64,000 nucleotides of DNA from a virus (taxonomy: Duplodnaviria; Caudoviricetes), in IMG/VR virus record IMGVR_UViG_2882674194_000007, positions 86,196 to 150,195 of that record. The stretch is one strand, 5' to 3'. Position numbers and translations under genes: made by a program. Shown here piece by piece: positions 50,431-60,055 of this stretch. Below the pieces are notes generated by a model. That model had not been told where the DNA came from. It ran no database searches and saw nothing but the letters and a program-made list of their open reading frames with translations. Every line of letters starts with the position of its first letter. The stretch's first letter is position 1.

Positions 50431-52404
50431 TTGGATAAATTAAAAAGAATAAAGAAATTAACTCATCAGCTTAATCACTACAGAGATTCATATTATAACA
50501 ATTCTGTATCAGAAATTTCAGATCATGAATATGATGATTTATTTGATGAATTAAAAAGACTGGAAGAAGAAACAAATATTGTAATGGCTAATTCACCAAC
50601 ACATACAGTTGGATATGAAGCCAAGTCAAAACTTGAAAAGGTGAAACACTCGCATCCTATGCTTTCACTTGATAAAACAAAGTCAGTAGATGATTTAAAG
50701 AAATTTGCTAGTGATAAAGATTGCTTACTTATGTGTAAAATGGACGGATTAACTGTACTGCTTACTTATGAGAATGGTGAGTTGATTCAGGCGGAGACTC
50801 GTGGAAATGGTGAAGAGGGAGAAATTATTACCCATAATGCAAGGGTGTTTGAAAACATTCCAATACATATAGATTATACAGGACATTTGGAAGTTGAAGG
50901 TGAAGCTATTATTACATATGGTGACTTTGAGAGGATTAACAGTAAACTTCCTGAGAATGAAAAATATAAGAATCCACGAAATCTTGTAAGTGGTTCAGTT
51001 AGGCAGTTGGATAGTAATATTGCGGCACAGAGACATATTAAATTTATAGCATGGAAAGTTCCGAAAATTGAAGATTCAAAGTATGATAAATATTTTGCTA
51101 AGAAGTTAGAGCAAGTAAAAGAATTAGGTTTCGATATTGTACCATACATTATTTATTTTGAAGATACTGTTGAAAACAGAGTAGCACTTTTGAAAAATAC
51201 TGCAAAAGAATTAGGATGTCCCATAGATGGATTGGTTATGACTTACAATGATATTTCTTATGGAGAATCATTAGGAACGACAGGACACCACCCAAAACAT
51301 TCGTTAGCATATAAATTCTATGATGACATTTATCCTACAAGATTGTTAGATGTAGAATTTACGATGGGCAAGACGGGTGTTTTAACTCCAACAGCAGTAT
51401 TTGAACCAGTAGAGATTGATGGCACAATGGTTGAAAGAGCTTCACTTCATAATATTTCAATTATGAAAAGTTTGGGAATTGTATCAAAGTATCAGGAAAT
51501 TGGTGTTTATAAGGCTAATATGATTATTCCTCAGATAAAATATGCAGAAAAAATGAATTGTGTATCAGTAAAAGAATCTATTTGCATTCCAGGTGTTTGT
51601 CCTGTTTGTGGGTGGAATACAGAAAGACTTAAAGATAATGACACAGAGATTCTCGTATGTACTAATCCAAACTGTAAAGGAAAGTTACTTGGTAAACTAT
51701 CACATTTTGTAAGCAAGAACGCAATCAATATTGATGGATTATCTGAGCAGACATTACAGAAATTTATTGATTTAGGGTGGTTAAATTCATTTAAAGATAT
51801 TTATTATTTATCAGACTATAAAGAAGAGATGTACAAACTTGATGGTTTTGGAAAGAAATCAGTAGATAAACTCTTAGAAAGCATTGAGAAAAGTAGAAAT
51901 ACTACATTGGATAGATTTATTTATGGACTGTGTATTCCTCTGATTGGTAGAACAGCAAGTAAAGTTATTGCAAAAGAATTTAATAATCAAGCAGAAGAAT
52001 TTTATGATATTTGGTGCCATAGTTATGACTTTACTAAATTAGATGATTTTGGAGATGCAATGAATAACTCAATGAAGGTTTTCATCAGAGATAATTATGG
52101 ATGGATTGCTGAGTTAATTGGGGAATTTGACTTTAGAGAGTCAGATAATAATGGTAATGTAAAGCAAGTGCTTGAAGGTGAAACTTTTGTAATCACTGGT
52201 AGTTTAAAAGCATATAAGAATCGTGAAGAATTGGTTTCAGTTATTGAAAGAAACGGAGGAAAAGTATCTGGTTCTGTGTCTGCTAAAACATCATATTTAA
52301 TCAATAACGATGTTGCAAGTACATCAGGCAAAAATAAGAAAGCTCATGATTTAGGAATACCAATTATCAGCGAAGGTGAATTTGTTCAGATGATCACATC
52401 TTAA
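50431..52404 (+). CDS. ligA: NAD-dependent DNA ligase
   Basis: HPMLSL, KMDG, TRGNG, RASLHN, Zn finger, BRCT. Confidence 0.97.
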   Translation: MDKLKRIKKLTHQLNHYRDSYYNNSVSEISDHEYDDLFDELKRLEEETNIVMANSPTHTVGYEAKSKLEKVKHSHPMLSLDKTKSVDDLKKFASDKDCLLMCKMDGLTVLLTYENGELIQAETRGNGEEGEIITHNARVFENIPIHIDYTGHLEVEGEAIITYGDFERINSKLPENEKYKNPRNLVSGSVRQLDSNIAAQRHIKFIAWKVPKIEDSKYDKYFAKKLEQVKELGFDIVPYIIYFEDTVENRVALLKNTAKELGCPIDGLVMTYNDISYGESLGTTGHHPKHSLAYKFYDDIYPTRLLDVEFTMGKTGVLTPTAVFEPVEIDGTMVERASLHNISIMKSLGIVSKYQEIGVYKANMIIPQIKYAEKMNCVSVKESICIPGVCPVCGWNTERLKDNDTEILVCTNPNCKGKLLGKLSHFVSKNAINIDGLSEQTLQKFIDLGWLNSFKDIYYLSDYKEEMYKLDGFGKKSVDKLLESIEKSRNTTLDRFIYGLCIPLIGRTASKVIAKEFNNQAEEFYDIWCHSYDFTKLDDFGDAMNNSMKVFIRDNYGWIAELIGEFDFRESDNNGNVKQVLEGETFVITGSLKAYKNREELVSVIERNGGKVSGSVSAKTSYLINNDVASTSGKNKKAHDLGIPIISEGEFVQMITS

Positions 52405-52467
52405 ATGTAGAAATAGTATATGTAACTCGTAAACACATCAACGAAAAATCCAAATTAGAGGAGACTT

Positions 52468-53133
52468 ATGAAAAAGAGAATAACGGCTATTATTTTACTG
52501 ACATTTATGTTGGCTTCTTTAGTTTCACCATTTTTAGTAAAAGCAAGTGAAAATAATGAGTCAGAAATAAAAGAAGTTCAACTTGTTTTTGTAACAGAAA
52601 AACCAGTAACTACTGAAACAAAAGAAATTATTGATACAAAAAGTTTAGAACAGATAATGATGGATGGTTTTTATGATGAAATGGAATCATTATCAAATAT
52701 TGAAGATAAGCGTGAATGGTTTATTTGATATAAATGCATAATTGAAAAATATGCAGAAATAGTAGATCCACCAGAAACTATTTATGACTATTTTGATGAA
52801 GAAGAATTAGATTTACTATTCAAAGTAGTGCAAGCAGAGATTGGAGACTCTGATGATTTTATACAGAAAGTTAATGTAGTAAATGTTATTTATAATCGTT
52901 TAGAACATGAAAGATTTCCTGATTTATTATCAGAAGTTTTGGTAGAAGACCAGTTTTCAATCAAAGATATAAAAGCAACAGAAGATACAATTCTTGCATG
53001 TGAATATGCTTTTATGATTGGTGATACTACTGATGAATGCTTATTTTTTGATAGCAATGAAACTTTGAATTATAAAAAAATATTTGAAGATGGTGCACAC
53101 AATTTTTATAAATATTGGAAGGAGGATCAATAA
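52468..53133 (+). pseudogene. Secreted SleB/Hydrolase_2-like cell wall hydrolase split by in-frame TGA at 52726
   Basis: Signal peptide; VQAE...V.NVIYNR...FP...QFS...H.FY; both ORFs in the same frame. Confidence 0.7.
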
Positions 53134-53134
53134 T

Positions 53135-53371
53135 ATGAATACAAGATTAACAGTAAATTTAAATGATTTTGCAAAGGCAAGAAAGTTTTCAAATGAAACT
53201 TCAAAATTTCTGAGCGAAATTGATGTGATTCGAGGGAGATACGTGGTTGACGGCAAGTCTGCCTTGGGAATTCTGACCATCGACTTATCTAAACCAGTAG
53301 ATGTAGAAATACATAGTAGCGATCCATATGAGATTAAAAGATTTAATGATATTATGGGCGAGTTTGTATAA
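53135..53371 (+). CDS. HPr-like protein lacking His15
   Basis: VDGKSALGI (Ser46 motif); no GLHARP. Confidence 0.75.
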   Translation: MNTRLTVNLNDFAKARKFSNETSKFLSEIDVIRGRYVVDGKSALGILTIDLSKPVDVEIHSSDPYEIKRFNDIMGEFV

Positions 53372-53428
53372 GAATAGAAGTGTTATTTCATCGTTTATCG
53401 AAGATATGAGAAAGTTTGAGGTATAGAT

Positions 53429-54106
53429 ATGGGAAATGTAATTATTTTAGAGGAAACAACTAAAAAGCCAATCACTTTGATTGGTAAAAGAGCAGGTATT
53501 TGCTGGGGAGCTGATATTTTTGATGATATAAAGAATTATAAACGTGGAATGGATTGTATTATGTCTAATCACGGAAGAACTCTTGAATACGTAAATGTAG
53601 AAATGATACTTGATGGATACTCAGCAAGAGTTATTCGTGAATGGTATACACATCTTGGCGGATCTCCAACACGCCTACAAGCAAGTACAAGATACATAGA
53701 TTATGAGCATGGTTTCAATTATGTTGTCCCCGAAAGTGTTAGAAACGATGAAAAGAGATATGAAATTTATACAGAAGCAATTCATCAAATTAATAAAGCA
53801 CTTGTGGAGTTAGAAGATATAGGAACACCAAGAGAGGATTCAGCATTATTACTTCCATTAGGAATGACTACGAAAATTGTAGATAAACGTAATTTGCGTA
53901 ATCTTGTTGATATGTCACATCAACGCATGTGTAGTAGAGCATATCACGAATACAGAAAGTTATTTGGAGATATTCGTACTGCATTATATAAAGTATCTGA
54001 TGAATGGGCATGGATTGTAGATAACTTGTTTGTTCCCAAATGTGATTATATTGGCTATTGTCCAGAGAAAAAATCTTGTGGAAGAGTACAGAAAAAGGAG
54101 AATTAA
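53429..54106 (+). CDS. thyX: FAD-dependent thymidylate synthase
   Basis: HGRTLE, QASTRY, REDSALLLP, NLRNL. Confidence 0.9.
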   Translation: MGNVIILEETTKKPITLIGKRAGICWGADIFDDIKNYKRGMDCIMSNHGRTLEYVNVEMILDGYSARVIREWYTHLGGSPTRLQASTRYIDYEHGFNYVVPESVRNDEKRYEIYTEAIHQINKALVELEDIGTPREDSALLLPLGMTTKIVDKRNLRNLVDMSHQRMCSRAYHEYRKLFGDIRTALYKVSDEWAWIVDNLFVPKCDYIGYCPEKKSCGRVQKKEN

Positions 54107-54114
54107 ATACATAT

Positions 54115-54681
54115 ATGATCATTGTTTTACTAGGTGCTTCTGGATCAGGGAAGTCCACAATTGAAAATGAATTAGCAACACATCATGGCTTTGAAAAGAT
54201 TATTTCATACACTACGAGACAGCCTAGAACTGGCGAAGAAAATGGAAAAGACTATTATTTTACAGAGAATAATACTTTTACCGCAATGATAAATACAGGT
54301 GTATTAGCAGAATATGATGAATATTCGCAAGGCAGATTATATGGAACTTTGAAATCTGATTATGCAGATGGCAATAAAGTAGTTGTACTTACACCAAACG
54401 GATTAAGACAACTTAAACAGAGTTGCCCCAATGATAATATTTTCACTGTGCTTGTAAATGCAAGTCTTGGCACAAGAGTAAAAAGATACATAGACAGATG
54501 TGGTGTCAATGAATTTACTTTTGATGATAAGAATGAAATTGCTGCAAGAGTTGAGAGGGATTCCGCAATGTTTTTAGGATTAGAGAGAGAAGTAAATCTT
54601 GTAGTTGATAATAATGAAGGAACTAATATTAATGATGTTGTAAAAGAAATCTTAGAGACAGAAAGGATGTATGAGAATTGA
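54115..54681 (+). CDS. gmk: Guanylate kinase-like protein
   Basis: GASGSGKS, SYTTRQPRTGE.NGKDYYF, YGT. Confidence 0.9.
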   Translation: MIIVLLGASGSGKSTIENELATHHGFEKIISYTTRQPRTGEENGKDYYFTENNTFTAMINTGVLAEYDEYSQGRLYGTLKSDYADGNKVVVLTPNGLRQLKQSCPNDNIFTVLVNASLGTRVKRYIDRCGVNEFTFDDKNEIAARVERDSAMFLGLEREVNLVVDNNEGTNINDVVKEILETERMYEN

Positions 54682-55133
54682 ATAAAACAATTTACCTTGC
54701 AGGTGCAATGTCTTGCTATTTCAATACGGATCAGAATGATTATCCTAAGAAATGGAGAGATGATGCAAAGAAATATGTTAGGAAACTATATGACAACATT
54801 ACTGTTGTGTCTCCAACTGACTTTTATGAAATTGGCAAGAACTATCACAAATCTGAGTCTGAAGTTATGCGATTTGATCTCAGAATGGTTAGAGAAACAG
54901 ATATAGTATTATGTAACCTTCGAGATTTACATAGCTCATTAGGAACAAGCGATGAAATTTTATATGCATTCATAAGTGGTAAACCCGTTATTGGATTTAT
55001 AGATGATAATTCAGAAGTAAAAAATATTCATCCTTGGAAGATTGAGCAGATTGATAGATTCGAGATTGGCAAAGATGCTATGAAACGTGCAATAGATTAC
55101 ATCTACAGATATTATGTGGATCGATATAATTAA
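54678..55133 (+). CDS. Nucleoside 2-deoxyribosyltransferase-like protein
   Basis: IYLAG, D....D.V, S.GT..E..YA...GKPV. Confidence 0.8.
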   Translation: MNKTIYLAGAMSCYFNTDQNDYPKKWRDDAKKYVRKLYDNITVVSPTDFYEIGKNYHKSESEVMRFDLRMVRETDIVLCNLRDLHSSLGTSDEILYAFISGKPVIGFIDDNSEVKNIHPWKIEQIDRFEIGKDAMKRAIDYIYRYYVDRYN

Positions 55134-55138
55134 AACGA

Positions 55139-55357
55139 ATGGAGATAACGAAAATTTCAGAAATAATTAATACAAGCCATGCGTTAGCCAAAGAACTGTT
55201 AAGTAAGTCAGATGGTTTTATAACGGCTACGCTTGGCGATGAAGAATATGTAATTAGCAACACACAAAGAGTAACCACACACGCAAACATTGATGATTCT
55301 GTAGTATATTGGATATTAAATTTACGTGATGGTGGAAAAGGTAATTTGAAGAGGTGA
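55139..55357 (+). CDS. Hypothetical protein
   Basis: ORF track. Confidence 0.5.
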   Translation: MEITKISEIINTSHALAKELLSKSDGFITATLGDEEYVISNTQRVTTHANIDDSVVYWILNLRDGGKGNLKR

Positions 55358-55516
55358 GTAGCATGAAAAATTTGATAAAAAATGAGTATCAGCATAATTC
55401 AAATTTTAGAAAATATGTTGATGAATATTGTAACAGGAACAGATGCACAGTTGATGACGCGTTTTGTAACGAAGATGTAAAGAGAATGTTTTGGAGGTAC
55501 ACAGAAGTATAGTTGA

Positions 55517-55765
55517 TCATGTAATATAATCTTTTACTAACGACCATATATTATCTGATTGTCTATATATGATATTTACATCTTTTAAGCAATCATTATC
55601 AATTACTTTACATTGAAATTCGATTGTTCCACGGAAGGATGGCTTTAACCAGCAAGAATGAACCTTGAGTGATTCTGAATTAACTCTAATATATAGTGGA
55701 CGAATATGTCCTTCTGTATCAAATGATGCAATGATAGAAACAGGTTCATAATTTGTAGATGACAT
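55517..55765 (-). CDS. Small putative SOS-regulated protein
   Basis: Only well-supported minus-strand phage gene: AAGGAG RBS, own promoter with LexA box. Confidence 0.75.
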   Translation of the reverse strand: MSSTNYEPVSIIASFDTEGHIRPLYIRVNSESLKVHSCWLKPSFRGTIEFQCKVIDNDCLKDVNIIYRQSDNIWSLVKDYIT

Positions 55766-55798
55766 AATGGTTACTCCTTACTTGTGTGGTATGAAAAT

Positions 55799-55827
55799 AT
55801 TATACAAACAAATGTTCGAAAAGTAAA
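55799..55827 (-). promoter_or_regulatory. Sigma-A promoter with Gram-positive LexA (Cheo) box
   Basis: TTTACT-17-TATAAT; CGAACATTTGTTTG at 55818-55805 in the spacer. Confidence 0.75.
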
Positions 55828-56146
55828 GCATGTATTTTGATAAAAGGAAGGTACTGCGAATTAGTATACGGTTATTATGGCTTCATAGTAAGGTGATATA
55901 CATAATTTTCGGAGGGATTTTGGTTGGAAATAAATTGCCTGTTTCATTGGGTGAGGAAGTATGTGATAGAAATACAGTTTTTAATCAATGTAATTGGAAT
56001 GGCGATTATTGATATTGGAGCATTTGCATATATGTCTATTTATGATGAGAGTCAAATTATTGCACTTATTATGTTGATGCTTGGGAATGGTGTTGGTGGA
56101 GTTTTATATAAATATAGTAAAAAAAATAAGCGGAGGAATACACTAA

Positions 56147-56686
56147 TTGAACACAATAGTCATAAATTTATTCGGTGAGCCAGGGGCAGGTAAAAGTACG
56201 GCTGCTATGGATATTACAGCAAGGTTGAAAAGAAAAGGCATAAATGCAGAGTATGTTTCTGAGTTTGCAAAAGATAAGGTGTATGAAAATAATGGAGAAG
56301 TATTCAAACATCAGGAATATCTATTTGGTAAGCAATCTTTCAAGATGGGAAGAGTAAGAGATAAAGTTCAGGTCATGGTGGTAGATTCACCGTTGATTCT
56401 TTGTATTGTATATAACAATGACGAAACACTAGGAGAAGATTTTAATAGCACTGTTCTAAATGTATTTAATTCATATGCGAATAGAAACTATCTTCTTACA
56501 AGAAAACATACATACGAGGACGAAGGAAGATTCCAGAACGAAGAAGAAGCATTAGAAGTTAGAAAACAGATTATTAATGCGTTAGGCACAATGCATATTA
56601 CTTATAATTTTGCTACATCCAGTGAGATTGATTGTGAAATTATAGCGAATAAAATTGCAGAGGAGATTAAAGAAAATGAACAGTAA
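56147..56686 (+). CDS. NadR/AAA_28-like P-loop kinase
   Basis: NLFGEPGAGKST, EFAKD, DSP, R.Q..EE. Confidence 0.75.
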   Translation: MNTIVINLFGEPGAGKSTAAMDITARLKRKGINAEYVSEFAKDKVYENNGEVFKHQEYLFGKQSFKMGRVRDKVQVMVVDSPLILCIVYNNDETLGEDFNSTVLNVFNSYANRNYLLTRKHTYEDEGRFQNEEEALEVRKQIINALGTMHITYNFATSSEIDCEIIANKIAEEIKENEQ

Positions 56687-56837
56687 AGGACATTTATTTA
56701 TTAGTCTTGGTAAATCAGCGATTAGGGTTATCGGTGGTATTGTTGCCCTTTTAAATAAATCGGTTGTTCCGCTTGCAATAGGAATTATTGTAGCTGAAGT
56801 TGGTGGAGTTTTGGAAGAATTAGTTGATGAAAGATAA
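56676..56837 (+). CDS. Small membrane protein
   Basis: H..ISLGKS.IR...AE..G..EELVD. Confidence 0.6.
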   Translation: MNSKGHLFISLGKSAIRVIGGIVALLNKSVVPLAIGIIVAEVGGVLEELVDER

Positions 56838-56840
56838 TGG

Positions 56841-59015
56841 ATGACGGAGGAATGGTTATTGACAGTACAAAAACGAGACGGACGCAAGGTTAAATTTGAT
56901 AAAGAAAAAATCAAGATAGCTGTGTTAAAAGCATTTATTGATGTTGATGGTGAAGAAACTACTTATGCAAAAGAAAAAGCCAGAGACATTGCTAATCACA
57001 TAGAATCTTTGAATAAGAATATGAGTGTGGAAGAGGTTCAGGATGAAGTTGTTAATAAACTCATGGCAAGCACAAGAAAAGATGTTGCTACAAAGTATAT
57101 AGAATATAGATATAAAAGAAAGCTGGTCAGAGAAAGCAATACAACTGATAGAAGTATTCTTGAATTGATTGATGGTGTAAATGATTATTGGAACTCAGAA
57201 AATTCTAATAAAAGTGCATCAGTAGTAACGACTCAGAGGGATTATTTGGCAGGTATTACAAGTACAGATATTACAAGAAGATTTTTACTTCCAGAAGATG
57301 TAGTACAAGCACATGACGAGGGAATTATTCACTTTCACGATGCAGATTATTTTGCTCAACATATGCATAATTGTTGTTTAATAAACCTTGAGGATATGCT
57401 ACAGAACGGAACAGTTATTAACGGAACACTAATTGAAAAACCTCATAGATTTTTAACAGCTATGACAATAGCAACGCAGATTATTACAGCAGTTACTTCT
57501 TCTCAGTATGGTGGTGCAACAATTACACTGACACATTTAGCTCCATTTGTTAGAGATAGCTACAACAGATATCTAAAAAAATATTTATCATGGGGATTTG
57601 CTGGTAAAGAATCTATTGAATGGGCAAAAAAAGATTTGCAGAAAGAAATTCAGGATGGTGTACAAACATTTCAATATCAGTTAAATTCTATGACAAATAC
57701 AAACGGGCAGTCTCCATTTTTGTCGGTATTCATGTATATTGGAGAGACAAAAGAGTATAAAGAAGAGCTGGCAATGATTATACATGAAATGTTAGTACAA
57801 AGAATTGAAGGATTAAAAAATGAAGTAGGTGTTTATATTACACCTGCATTTCCTAAGTTGTTATATGTATTGGAAGAAGATAATATCCATGAGGACAGTA
57901 AATATTGGTATCTTACAGAACTTGCATCAATGTGTACAGCAAAAAGGTTAGTTCCTGATTTTATGTCAGAGAAGGTAATGAAGAGATTGAAAAATGGGAA
58001 TATGTATCCTGTAATGGGCTGCAGATCCGCTTTGACAGTATGGCATGATAAGAATGGTCAGCCTAAGTTTTATGGAAGATTCAATCAGGGTGTCGTTACA
58101 ATCAATTTGGTAGACTTAGCACTTTCATCTGAAGGAGATTTTGATAGATTCTGGGAACTGTTTGAAGAGCGTACAGAATTATGTCATAAAGCTCTCAAGT
58201 GCCGTCATGAACGATTGGAAGGAACTTTATCTGACGCAGCCCCTATTATGTGGCAATATGGAGCATTAGCAAGGTTAAATAAACATCAGCCAATAGATGA
58301 GTTATTACATAATGGATATTCCACAATATCTCTTGGATATGCAGGTTTATATGAATGTGTAAAATATATGACTGGTAAATCACATACTGATAATGCTGAA
58401 GGTACTGAATTTGGATTGAAGATTATGAGAGCATTAAATGATAAGTGCAATCAGTGGAAGAAAGAAGAATGTATTGATTATAGTTTATATGGAACACCAA
58501 TTGAATCAACTACATATAAATTTGCGAAATGCTTACAGAAAAGATTTGGTGTGGTTGAAGGTATAACTGATAAAAATTACATTACAAATTCTTATCATGT
58601 AAATGTCAGAGAAGAAATTGATCCATTTGCAAAACTTGAAATAGAAAGTAAGTTCCAAGAGTTGAGTCCTGGAGGAGCCATCTCTTATATTGAAAGTAGC
58701 AATATGAATGATAACATTCCAGCTTTATTAGAAGTGATGAAGTTTATATATGAAAATATCATGTACGCAGAAATAAACACAAAATCAGATTATTGTCAAA
58801 TATGCGGATATGATGGAGAAATTCAGATTGTAAAAGATAATGATGAACTCATATGGGAATGTCCAAATTGTAAGAATCGTGATCAAGATAAAATGAATAT
58901 AGCAAGGCGTACCTGTGGTTACATTGGTAGTCATTACTGGAATCAGGGCAGAACACAGGAAATTATGGATCGGTGGGTGCATTTAGACGATCATAAATAC
59001 AAGGAAGGTGATTAA
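56841..59015 (+). CDS. nrdD: Anaerobic ribonucleoside-triphosphate reductase
   Basis: ATP cone, HNCCL, GRFNQG, RRTCGY glycyl radical motif. Confidence 0.97.
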   Translation: MTEEWLLTVQKRDGRKVKFDKEKIKIAVLKAFIDVDGEETTYAKEKARDIANHIESLNKNMSVEEVQDEVVNKLMASTRKDVATKYIEYRYKRKLVRESNTTDRSILELIDGVNDYWNSENSNKSASVVTTQRDYLAGITSTDITRRFLLPEDVVQAHDEGIIHFHDADYFAQHMHNCCLINLEDMLQNGTVINGTLIEKPHRFLTAMTIATQIITAVTSSQYGGATITLTHLAPFVRDSYNRYLKKYLSWGFAGKESIEWAKKDLQKEIQDGVQTFQYQLNSMTNTNGQSPFLSVFMYIGETKEYKEELAMIIHEMLVQRIEGLKNEVGVYITPAFPKLLYVLEEDNIHEDSKYWYLTELASMCTAKRLVPDFMSEKVMKRLKNGNMYPVMGCRSALTVWHDKNGQPKFYGRFNQGVVTINLVDLALSSEGDFDRFWELFEERTELCHKALKCRHERLEGTLSDAAPIMWQYGALARLNKHQPIDELLHNGYSTISLGYAGLYECVKYMTGKSHTDNAEGTEFGLKIMRALNDKCNQWKKEECIDYSLYGTPIESTTYKFAKCLQKRFGVVEGITDKNYITNSYHVNVREEIDPFAKLEIESKFQELSPGGAISYIESSNMNDNIPALLEVMKFIYENIMYAEINTKSDYCQICGYDGEIQIVKDNDELIWECPNCKNRDQDKMNIARRTCGYIGSHYWNQGRTQEIMDRWVHLDDHKYKEGD

Positions 59016-59017
59016 TA

Positions 59018-60055
59018 ATAAGAAATTTTGTTTATGTTGGTGAAAATCACGATGATTATACTGTCATTGAGATTGGCGATGGATATTGCGTTGTAGAATG
59101 TAATATTTGCAAGCATAAAAGAAAAATTAAAACAGGAGATTTTAGAAGATGTAGAAATTTTCATTCAGTTAAAACTTGTAAAGAAGATTATTTTAAAACA
59201 AATCAACTAGAAGGAGATTATGAATTTTTATGTAGTTCAGATAATATTTCTTTAAGTAACAAAAAGCTTTACAAAATACGTTGTAAAACATGTGGAAATA
59301 TAAAGTATCTTCCAATTGATAATATTCAACGATGTATATATTTTCATAATGCTAAGAATTGTGGTGAAAAAGTATACAATGAAAAAATCGGTCTAACAAT
59401 AGATGACATTCAAATTATTTCATATATTGGGAAATCAAATTCAAAAAATAAATCACCATTATTTCTATGTAAGTGTAATAAATGCGGACGTATAAAACAA
59501 ATGGCGTATTCAAATATTTACAATCATAAAGGAACAAATCATAAGTATTGCTCGCTTAATATAGATAACAAAGAATATATTGATGAATTTAGAAGTAGAT
59601 GGGCAAATATGAGAGACAGAACTACTAATCCTAATAATGAAAAATATCCTATATATGGTGGAAGAGGAATCAAGTCAGACGAATTTATTTTATTCGTTGA
59701 TTTTTATGACTGTATGTATCAATCATTTATAGAACATGTAGAACGATATGGAATACATAACACAACATTAGAAAGAATTGATGTTAATCTGGATTACACG
59801 AAGGATAATATAACATGGGCAACATGGGAGGAACAGGCAAATAATAAACAAGATACTGTTTATTTTAAAGTCATTTCACAAGATGGGAGCGAAAAAATTG
59901 AATATGGCATTGGAAAATATGAAAAAGAACATAATTTAACACACAATTTTATTTATAACAGAGTCTATGGAATTGTTGAATCAGATTACGAAGGAGTGCG
60001 ATATGAGTTGATTGGAAGTAATAGGATTCAAAATGAGGAGGCTATAGAGAAATGA
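59018..60055 (+). CDS. HNH-type homing endonuclease between nrdD and nrdG (probable ATA start)
   Basis: W.NM..R......YP.YGGRGI, TLERID....Y...N..WAT..EQANN; frame open 161 codons upstream of first ATG. Confidence 0.8.
   Translation: MRNFVYVGENHDDYTVIEIGDGYCVVECNICKHKRKIKTGDFRRCRNFHSVKTCKEDYFKTNQLEGDYEFLCSSDNISLSNKKLYKIRCKTCGNIKYLPIDNIQRCIYFHNAKNCGEKVYNEKIGLTIDDIQIISYIGKSNSKNKSPLFLCKCNKCGRIKQMAYSNIYNHKGTNHKYCSLNIDNKEYIDEFRSRWANMRDRTTNPNNEKYPIYGGRGIKSDEFILFVDFYDCMYQSFIEHVERYGIHNTTLERIDVNLDYTKDNITWATWEEQANNKQDTVYFKVISQDGSEKIEYGIGKYEKEHNLTHNFIYNRVYGIVESDYEGVRYELIGSNRIQNEEAIEK

Larger units (their letters stand above)
79..53390. repeat. Dispersed 16-bp junction motif TRAAW-N6-WTTYA (about 30 copies)
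   Basis: Copies start at 79,173,1144,4011,4539,4799,5495,7726,8093,10416,14360,15932,16404,21399,22794,24934,25540,26397,27255,28698,30135,43349,45259,46731,47965,48579,49071,50120; near-matches at 562,18100,20355,20482,29285,53375. Confidence 0.85.

Noticed and set aside
7546-52728. Stop-codon reassignment explaining in-frame stops
   Set aside because: All three stop types are involved, they are rare, and all three end normal genes here
79-53390. Junction motif as CcpA cre sites
   Set aside because: cre is 14 bp with a conserved central CG; this motif is 16 bp with a free 6-bp centre
79-53390. Junction motif as CRISPR repeats or intrinsic terminators
   Set aside because: Copies are separated by whole genes, the centres differ, stems are only 4-5 AT-rich bp and there is no consistent U-tract
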